Part shown: in pieces, positions 40,012 through 47,532 of the stretch | Layout of the letters: every line of letters begins with the position of its first letter | Numbering within the stretch: position 1 is the stretch's first letter | NCBI GenBank assembly: GCA_965216565.1 | Contig: OZ244170.1 | Span: forward strand, 2,112,001-2,176,000 | DNA: 64,000 nt | Direction: 5' to 3' | DNA from: Bythopirellula sp. | Lineage (GTDB): Bacteria > Planctomycetota > Planctomycetia > Pirellulales > Lacipirellulaceae | The notes under the pieces: generated by a model | Databases searched by the model: none | Told to the model about the DNA's origin: nothing | What the model saw: only the letters and a program-made list of their open reading frames with translations | Made by a program: the position numbers and the translations under genes

Positions 40012-41688
40012 ATGACCAATTCAAGCCGACGTGAATTCATCAAATATAGCGCAGCGGCAACTGCTGGGTTCGCACTACCGCACCGAGCTTTTGCGGCCAC
40101 CAGCGAGCAAGTGAATGTTGGCATCATTGGCTGTGGTGGTCGAGGAATGCTGCTATTGGATGTATTTAAGAAACTACCCGGAGTCCGAGTTGCTGCCGTC
40201 TGCGATCCCGATCGGGAGCGACTGGACAAGGCACAGGAAAAGGCAAAGCGCGCCCAGAAGTGCACCGATATGCGTCAAGTGTTCGAGAACTCGGAGATTG
40301 ACGCCATCGTCATTGCCACCTGCAATCATTGGCATTGCCTGGCCGCAATTTGGGCGATGCAGGCTGGAAAGCATGTCTATGTAGAGAAGCCACTAGGCCA
40401 CTCAGAGTGGGAAGGGCAACAAGTTATTGCCGCGACCAAGAGATACGATCGGATCTGTCAAGTTGGAACGCAGCAGAGAAGCGACCCCATGCAGGCAGAG
40501 ATCAAGAAGTTTCTACATGAAGATAAAGTGATCGGAGATGTCGAGTCTGTTCGAGTCAATCGATTTGGCCAGCGCCCTGCAATCGGACGTCGTTCACAAC
40601 CTTTAGCTCCTCCCGAATCAGTCGACTACAATCTGTGGCTTGGACCTGCCCACGATATCCCTATTCTGCGAGACAACTTGCAGTACGACTGGCACTGGGT
40701 CTGGAACACTGGTTCGGGTGAGATGGGGAACTGGGGAGTGCACATTCTCGATGATGTACGCAACAACGTTTTCCGCGATTCGGTATCGGCACCTTCTTCG
40801 ATTGTCGCCGCCGGTGATCGATTTGCGTGGAACGATGCTGGGGAAACGCCCAATGTTCACTTCGCGATCTTAGATGCTGATGGGATTCCCGTTGTAGTGA
40901 CACTTTCGAACCTACCGGAACGAAAAGAAATAGGGAAATCACCAACTCCCAACAGTGGCTACGTCACCTACTGCAAGGGTGGGCATCTGAAAGGAGCCCG
41001 GGGACATGCATCTGCCTACGACTCTCAGGGCAAGTTGATTCGGAAGTTTAAAGGCGACAGTGGAATGATCCATCACCAGCAGAATTTCATCGACGCAATT
41101 CGAAGCAACAGTACGTCGGGACTGACCGCGCCGGTTCAAGTTGGCCACGACTCAACCACGTGGTCCAATCTGATCAATATCGCAACACGAATTCCTAAAG
41201 CAGCAGGAGGATCTACCATCGGGGATTTCTCGTACAACTTTGGCAGTGAGTCCGCATCAGAGGTCTTCACAAGCATGCGACGCATTGCAGGTGGGAAATC
41301 GGGAAGTAAGGCTGCAACTGAGCTTGCATTGGGCCCAACGCTGCAGTTTGATTCGCTGCGAAACGAATTTACAGGCGAACATGCCAGTGCTGCAAATGGA
41401 CTGTTGCGCCGCGATACCCGCAAGCAATTTGAGATTCCAGAAATCGAGACCGTTCAGTTACTAGTTAACAAATTAGGCTATTCGCCCTCAACAGGCATTC
41501 GCTGGCGACCTTCGGCTAGAGTTCGCGACAAATACGGCTACCTTCAAAGCACTCAATTCATAGGCGATTGTCTAAGCTTGACAATCGTTGAGTGTGAGCG
41601 TCGCTGCTACCCACTTGAGCCATCGACCCAAATCCTCCCAGGTACTCAAGAACTAAGCTATGTCTATCCGCACCTGGACTCTTACTGA
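40012..41688 (+). CDS. Tat-exported Gfo/Idh/MocA oxidoreductase with apparent C-terminal extension
   Basis: SRREFIK Tat motif; IIGCGGRG, AVCDPD, NHWH, HVYVEKP, QVGTQQRS, GEMGNWGVHILD. Confidence 0.88.
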   Translation: MTNSSRREFIKYSAAATAGFALPHRAFAATSEQVNVGIIGCGGRGMLLLDVFKKLPGVRVAAVCDPDRERLDKAQEKAKRAQKCTDMRQVFENSEIDAIVIATCNHWHCLAAIWAMQAGKHVYVEKPLGHSEWEGQQVIAATKRYDRICQVGTQQRSDPMQAEIKKFLHEDKVIGDVESVRVNRFGQRPAIGRRSQPLAPPESVDYNLWLGPAHDIPILRDNLQYDWHWVWNTGSGEMGNWGVHILDDVRNNVFRDSVSAPSSIVAAGDRFAWNDAGETPNVHFAILDADGIPVVVTLSNLPERKEIGKSPTPNSGYVTYCKGGHLKGARGHASAYDSQGKLIRKFKGDSGMIHHQQNFIDAIRSNSTSGLTAPVQVGHDSTTWSNLINIATRIPKAAGGSTIGDFSYNFGSESASEVFTSMRRIAGGKSGSKAATELALGPTLQFDSLRNEFTGEHASAANGLLRRDTRKQFEIPEIETVQLLVNKLGYSPSTGIRWRPSARVRDKYGYLQSTQFIGDCLSLTIVECERRCYPLEPSTQILPGTQELSYVYPHLDSY

Positions 41689-42784
41689 TATCGATCAACA
41701 AATCCACAAGAGTAATTTTCATCTTGCGGCAAGCGATTCGGAGAGTTCATCGGACTCCTGGAAAGTATCCTGTCAGACGCTGGATGGAGGCTTGCGCGAA
41801 GGGGTCGATCTTATTGAAATCGACAACGGCTACATGCAACTGCAAGTGATTCCCACGCGCGGCATGGGAATCTTGCAGGCTACGACAAAGGAAGGAAAGA
41901 CTCTTGGTTGGAGCTCACCTGTCAATGGTCCCGTCCATCCTAGCTATGTTCCCATTTACGATCCTAGTGGACTAGGTTGGCTGGAAGGTTTCGATGAGTT
42001 ATTGGTTCGCTGTGGCTTAGAGAGCAACGGAGCCCCAGATTTCGACGAGCAGGGGAGGCTGCTCTACCCATTGCATGGTCGAATCGCGAACCGACCTGCT
42101 CACCATGTCGAGGTGACTATCAATGAAGAGGCACGCACAATTAGTTTGCGAGGCACCGTGGACGAAACACGATTCCACTTTCAGAAACTGCGATTGGAAG
42201 CCACGATCACCACGGGCTTTGATTCTTCGTCATTCACGATAACCGATAGCGTTACGAATATTGGCGGAACACTGGCTCAAATGCAAATGCTCTACCACAT
42301 TAACATTGGCGAACCATTACTGGGTCCTGGAGCCGAGTTCGTTGCCCCTATTCGGAATGTAGTACCGAGAGACTCAGATACCATAGCGAGTGAAGACTGG
42401 AACAATTACGGTCCTCCTACAGCTGGCACCAAGGAGGAGTGCTTCTATATCGAGTTGCTCGGTGATGAATCCAACCAGACGCAGGTTCTACTGAAAAATG
42501 CAGAAGGGACTGAGGGGACAACTGTGACAACGAACCTCACCCAGTTGCCCTATTTTTCGCTTTGGAAAAACTGCGTCGCCAGAGAAGACGGCTACGTTAC
42601 CGGAATTGAACCTGCTACCAACTATCCCAACTGTCGATCGGTTGAAACAGAGGCAGGCCGCGTGGTTAGTTTGGAACCCGGTGAAAAGTGGTTTGCTGAC
42701 TTATCAATTGACTGGTTAACGAGAGCAGCAGACGTTGATCATGTAGAAAACGAAATCAGATCTAAATTCAAGAAAAAAGCATGA
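41660..42784 (+). CDS. Aldose 1-epimerase family protein (DUF4432-like)
   Basis: GGLREGVDLIEIDNG, IPTRGMGI, GWLEGF, PLHGRIAN, LYHINIG, YVTGIEPATNYP. Confidence 0.85.
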   Translation: MSIRTWTLTDIDQQIHKSNFHLAASDSESSSDSWKVSCQTLDGGLREGVDLIEIDNGYMQLQVIPTRGMGILQATTKEGKTLGWSSPVNGPVHPSYVPIYDPSGLGWLEGFDELLVRCGLESNGAPDFDEQGRLLYPLHGRIANRPAHHVEVTINEEARTISLRGTVDETRFHFQKLRLEATITTGFDSSSFTITDSVTNIGGTLAQMQMLYHINIGEPLLGPGAEFVAPIRNVVPRDSDTIASEDWNNYGPPTAGTKEECFYIELLGDESNQTQVLLKNAEGTEGTTVTTNLTQLPYFSLWKNCVAREDGYVTGIEPATNYPNCRSVETEAGRVVSLEPGEKWFADLSIDWLTRAADVDHVENEIRSKFKKKA

Positions 42785-43121
42785 TGCGGCACGATCGTGT
42801 GGTGAAAACTACGGCGTCTGTTTCGACGATTACGAAGACCGAGTGCTCTTTGACGAAGCCGGCTTGTACGAGTATTCGGGAGTCGACAAGAAGAAAGTTG
42901 AGATCAATCAAACTCCAGATCTCGATACTGCACTGAGCCAGAAGTAGAAGTAATGCGCGGCAGTGAATCGAATTCTTCGGCGGTTGAGCCCTTGCAGATT
43001 ATGGCTCTATGTAGAACTGCAGCATTCACACGCGACTTATCTGAGGCCTGACTCGTACCCTGATTGACGTACCTCGTTATCCCCTGGGGGCGGTGGGCGA
43101 TATCAATCTAAGGAAACAGAG

Positions 43122-43203
43122 CGGAGGGCATGGGACTCGAACCCACAACCGGTTACCCGGCACCTGCATTCCAAGCAGGCCGCTAGCCATTCGCATACCC
43201 TCC
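43122..43203 (-). tRNA. tRNA-Ser(GGA), class II, atypical D-arm; CCA not encoded
   Basis: Reverse complement GGAGGGT...GCCCTCC-G73; anticodon arm CCTGC-TTGGAAT-GCAGG; variable arm CCGG-GTAA-CCGG; T arm GTGGG-TTCGAGT-CCCAT. Confidence 0.85.
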
Positions 43204-43313
43204 GGAAGATGCAGGCGTTTGATCGCTGACAAAGCAAAGCTGGTCGGGAGAAACTCGCCCACCCTTCGGGACATTAAATTATGTCTGCAGTCGGGGATTT
43301 CGCAATCCGAAAT

Positions 43314-44624
43314 TTAGTCGAGTGTGTTGGCCCCTTGAATGAGCAACAGGAACTCTTCATTCGACTTGAATTTACCCAGCCTACTACTGAGCTGCTCCAT
43401 CGCATCTACGTGATGCATCGACGAAAGGGTGCGTCGCAACATGGTGGTTGCATGGAGGGTTTCTGGCGAAAGAAGCTTTTCTTCCCGGCGTGTACCCGAT
43501 TGTTCGATATCAATAGCAGGCCAAACGCGTCGATCAGCCAACTTGCGATCAAGCACCAATTCCATGTTGCCGGTGCCTTTGAACTCTTGAAAAATCAATT
43601 CATCCATCCGGCTTCCGGTATCGATGAGTGCGGTTCCGACGATGGTCAGAGACCCACCTTCTTCAAAAGCTCTTGCCGTGGCGAACAGCTTTTTAGGAAT
43701 GTCCATGGCTTTGATATCAACACCACCGCTCATAGTCCGGCCAGTATTGCCAACCCACTTGTTGAAAGCACGTGCCAGGCGAGTGATCGAGTCCATCACC
43801 ATAAATACATCCTGGCCCATTTCGGCCAGACGCTGGCAACGAGCGACCACCAATTGCGAGAGCCGTACGTGGCTTTCCACATCGCAATCTAAGCTACTAG
43901 CTAACACCTCACCCTTAGAGACGCTGCGACGCATGTCGGTCACTTCTTCTGGCCGTTCATCGATCAACAGCACCATCAACGAGACTTCCGGATAATTCTC
44001 TGCGACTGCATTGCTGATATGTTGCATCAGGACAGTCTTACCCGTACGCGGTGGAGCCACGATCAGTGCCCGCTGGCCTTTGCCCAAAGGCGTGAGCAAA
44101 TCCATAATGCGGGTGCTCATCGGCTCGGCACCGGTCTCGAGGCGGAACCATTGTTCTGGGGTGATCGGAGTCAGCTCATCGAACTGCTTGACTTCTAAAT
44201 AGTCTTCTGGCGAAATGCCGTCGACGTCCAGAATCTCGCGAAGTCGTGGGCCTTGCTGCTTGCGATGATGCTGAACCATACCGGTGATCAGCACACCCTC
44301 GCGAAGACCGAATTTTTCGATCATCGTTCCTGGCACAAATGGATCGGAACGTTCACGCGTGAAGTTTGTGGAGGGATCCCGAAGGAAACCATATCCATTG
44401 GGGTGCATTTCGAGCACTCCCGACCCGGCAACCAAGGGCAACGGTTCGCCGTTGTCTGGGAAATCGGGTTCCTGACGATTATCTGGTAACGAATTCCTTC
44501 GTCGATTCCCGCCGCGGCCCCCGCCGCGATTCGAATAGCGATTATTTCCGGAGTTTCTACCTCGGTAACGACCACCGCCGCCACCACCTCCGCCGCCACC
44601 CGATCTTTGCCTTTTCTTAGCCAT
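43314..44624 (-). CDS. rho: Transcription termination factor Rho
   Basis: GYGFLR RNA-binding motif, PLGKGQRALIVAPPRTGKT, LLIDERPEEVTD, DSITRLARAFN, GSLTIVGTALIDTGSRMD, EFKGTGNME, SGTRREE. Confidence 0.97.
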   Translation of the reverse strand: MAKKRQRSGGGGGGGGGGRYRGRNSGNNRYSNRGGGRGGNRRRNSLPDNRQEPDFPDNGEPLPLVAGSGVLEMHPNGYGFLRDPSTNFTRERSDPFVPGTMIEKFGLREGVLITGMVQHHRKQQGPRLREILDVDGISPEDYLEVKQFDELTPITPEQWFRLETGAEPMSTRIMDLLTPLGKGQRALIVAPPRTGKTVLMQHISNAVAENYPEVSLMVLLIDERPEEVTDMRRSVSKGEVLASSLDCDVESHVRLSQLVVARCQRLAEMGQDVFMVMDSITRLARAFNKWVGNTGRTMSGGVDIKAMDIPKKLFATARAFEEGGSLTIVGTALIDTGSRMDELIFQEFKGTGNMELVLDRKLADRRVWPAIDIEQSGTRREEKLLSPETLHATTMLRRTLSSMHHVDAMEQLSSRLGKFKSNEEFLLLIQGANTLD

Positions 44625-45952
44625 CACTCAATACTTCCTGGATACTCAGATCAAAGGACAGAGCGTCTTGCGAAAACCTGCCCTGGAAATGTCAATTGCT
44701 TACAACGAAATCCGTCTAGCCAGATCTCGCCATGGAGCCATTGACCAAAAACTGCCAATCGACGTTGGCCTCAACAATCAAGCTGCCCATCACCTTCGTG
44801 CTGCAGCCTATCTTCTCAATAATGCATTGCTTTCCGAGCACACCACACTAACCTGCGCAACTTGGCGAAACACCTAAGATTCGTAGTAGTGCGACTGTCT
44901 TTGACAAACTCTTAGTCAATCGCAGTCTGCTGAGCGTTGCCCTCATTGTCACCAGCTCGTCATCTAAGAATTCTTGAGCCGAGCAAGTTCTGCATTATTA
45001 AGAAGTACAAAGTCTATAGGACGAATATCTTTGGGGCACGAAATTATTCTTGTGCGAACGAAGGATTTTCAACGACCACACTAGGGTCCCTTCAAAGACA
45101 TTCCGAAGCGTTCATTTTGCTGCTACGTGATTCGAAGCAGTAGAGCAATTCACTTCCTATTGGCAATCACTAAGCGAAACACAACAAACTTAAGCGCTCA
45201 GTGATCGACCCCCAAAAAGGTCTAATCGTTCCCTGAAGAATGAAATTTAGACCGTCAAAATCTAATGTTCTGCTATGGCCAATAAGCATTTACTGCAAAC
45301 GACACACTCACGTTCTAGCGGAGTAGGGCAGGGCATACATAAGCCTTCGCGCGTACTCATCCCGAATGCGAAGAAGCCGAATAATTTGGCCGATAGAACC
45401 TGCCCGATGTGGCAGGATGTTGAACTCACTTGCAATCTTAGTCCCTGTTAATGCTGTGTCAAGCTCGTTTAATAAGAAGATACCGAAAACCCCACAGGCA
45501 TTGTTTTTACACTTTTTCTACGATTGCTGCCCGTTCGTTGTTCGATTTTCGAACCGCTTCCGAACCCCAAATCACACCCCCCCAGGCCCCGCCTAACCGG
45601 TCCCTAGTTAGGAAGAGGTAGACGGCCTCGGGAAGCGGCGTCACGTAGGCGACTCCTCGCAGAGTCTCAGCTCAGCCAAATACTGCTAAACTCAAGCCAA
45701 CTAATGCTTTACGCCAGCATCCCAGTTAGCCCAGATCCCCCTGGTGTAGCATGCATCAGCCGTTTATTCGTCAAAGTCGCCGATACCGGCCAGTTTTCAC
45801 AAAGTATTCCGCCACTCCCTTCCGATCTATCCGAGCAGAGGGTGAGATCGCCAAGCGCGCCGCTCCCTAGGAGATATTCATGCCCCTGTTCATTGATGCG
45901 GGCTGAATAAAGCTTTTCAATCAAATTTCTTGTCTGAAGTGAGCAAATCGAC

Positions 45953-47233
45953 ATGGCTATTCGACAGATTTCTTTACCGTCTATTGCAGCAGTAATGTTA
46001 GCAGCGACCCTGCTTTCTACATTGCCGGCCTCAGCGGCCGTGAAGTGGAGAAACAATGTCGACTCGGCCAAAATAGAAGCCACCCAAACCAATAGGCTAG
46101 TGCTGCTGCACTTCGGCACAAAAACCTGTGGCCCCTGCCAAAAGTTGGAGCGTGACGTATTCACTCAACCTCAGGTTGGCGACTTTATGGAGCAGCACTT
46201 CGTTCCAGTGAAAGTCGATGCCGATCAATCTCCGGCGCTCTCTAACGCCTATAAGATTTCTCGCGTCCCCACCGACGTGGTACTAACACCACAAGGCAAT
46301 GTGGTAGCGAGTCTTTCGTGTCCGATGGATCCGACCGCCTATGCCACGCAACTCGGAAACGTTTCCACTCACTATAAGCAGTACATGGCTAAGTCTTCGG
46401 CTCCTGTTCAACCGCCCGTTCAATCGGCTTATGCTGGTTTGCAGGTGGGGCAATACAATGCGGGACGACCAGTAACCACTCCCGGTACTTCAGCCGCTCC
46501 TGTGCAGCAGGTTTCGGGTACATCTACCAACCCATACTTCGCTCAGGCTCCCACTCAGGCGGCTCCGGCTCATGCAGTTCCTGCAGTCGCGGGACATCCG
46601 CAATCCCAGGCGTCCGTGCCAACTAGCCAAGCACCTGTTCAGGCTCAGCCAAATCCGTATGGGGTTATGAATCCTTACGCCCAACCAGCGCACCGCGCTG
46701 CAGCCCCTGCTCCAGTCGCCCAACCGGTTGCCGCTCCTCAGCAAAACGTAGCTGCACCACCACAAACTAGTCCTCAAATAGCTACCGCCAGCCCGGCAAT
46801 CACTCAGGCTCAAACACAACCTGCAAAGCCGTCGATTACTCTACCTGCCGGCAGCCCACCACTTGCGTTTGACGGTTTTTGCCCCGTCACCTTAAAGTCG
46901 GAACGAAAATGGATCAAAGGCGATACCACCTTTGGTGCGGTGCATCGGGGGCGAACGTTCTTGTTCACCAACGAAGGCGCTCGTCAAAAGTTCTTGGCAA
47001 ATCCCGATGCCTATAGCCCCGTCTTCTCAGGCTACGACGCTGTCGTGATGCTCGAGCAAAGCCAGGCAGTGGAAGGCAGTCGCAAGTTTGGCTACGAATA
47101 CCGCGGCGCTTTCTACCTGTTCAGCAGCCAGGATACGATGAACAAATTCGCCAGCGATCCCGATCGCTATTCGGCGCAGGTACGGCAAGCGATGAACCGC
47201 CTCGACGGCAACCTCGGCACCATTCGTCGGTAA
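45953..47233 (+). CDS. Secreted thioredoxin-fold protein with P/Q/A-rich linker and C-terminal YHS-like domains
   Basis: Signal peptide; LLHFGTKTCGPCQKLE, FVPVKVDAD, VPTDV; FDGFCPV...F.ANPDAYSP and GYDAV...YRGAFYLFSS...F..DPDRY. Confidence 0.8.
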   Translation: MAIRQISLPSIAAVMLAATLLSTLPASAAVKWRNNVDSAKIEATQTNRLVLLHFGTKTCGPCQKLERDVFTQPQVGDFMEQHFVPVKVDADQSPALSNAYKISRVPTDVVLTPQGNVVASLSCPMDPTAYATQLGNVSTHYKQYMAKSSAPVQPPVQSAYAGLQVGQYNAGRPVTTPGTSAAPVQQVSGTSTNPYFAQAPTQAAPAHAVPAVAGHPQSQASVPTSQAPVQAQPNPYGVMNPYAQPAHRAAAPAPVAQPVAAPQQNVAAPPQTSPQIATASPAITQAQTQPAKPSITLPAGSPPLAFDGFCPVTLKSERKWIKGDTTFGAVHRGRTFLFTNEGARQKFLANPDAYSPVFSGYDAVVMLEQSQAVEGSRKFGYEYRGAFYLFSSQDTMNKFASDPDRYSAQVRQAMNRLDGNLGTIRR

Positions 47234-47264
47234 TTCGTGCCGAGCTAAGTATTCTAGTTAAACC

Positions 47265-47301
47265 AGCACCCTGGCATGAATCATGTCAGGGTGCTTTTTT
47301 T
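47265..47301 (+). terminator. Intrinsic terminator
   Basis: AGCACCCTGGCATGA-A-TCATGTCAGGGTGCT inverted repeat followed by a T run, about 30 nt after the stop at 47233. Confidence 0.85.
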
Positions 47302-47532
47302 GTTGGGAACGCTTCGGCTCTCAGCTTTCCAAACCGCTGTTTCTCGGGGAATAGGGAATGTGTTTGGCTGAATTCTACACGGTCGCCTACAATCACAGGT
47401 ACACAGGGCGTTCGCTGAAGGCACCGCCGGCCAACTGAACCAAACACTCAGTAGCTCCTCTAGCGTCTCGAGAGCAAGAGGACATACCAATGGCGACCAC
47501 GGCGAACGCCCTTTTTCTATGCGCTCGCTGAA

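Noticed and set aside
43077..43317. Short ORFs on both strands over the tRNA
   Set aside because: Explained by the tRNA gene; no coding features.
43281..43892. 203-aa plus-strand ORF, and similar 100-200 aa ORFs such as 1716-2303, 2422-3009 and 26181-26723
   Set aside because: Antisense shadows of well-supported genes, with no recognisable motifs.
47350..47392. AATAGGGAA...GCTGAATTC resembling the start of a cobalamin riboswitch
   Set aside because: No recognisable CCC..ACTG or B12-box elements, and it lies between convergent gene ends after a terminator.
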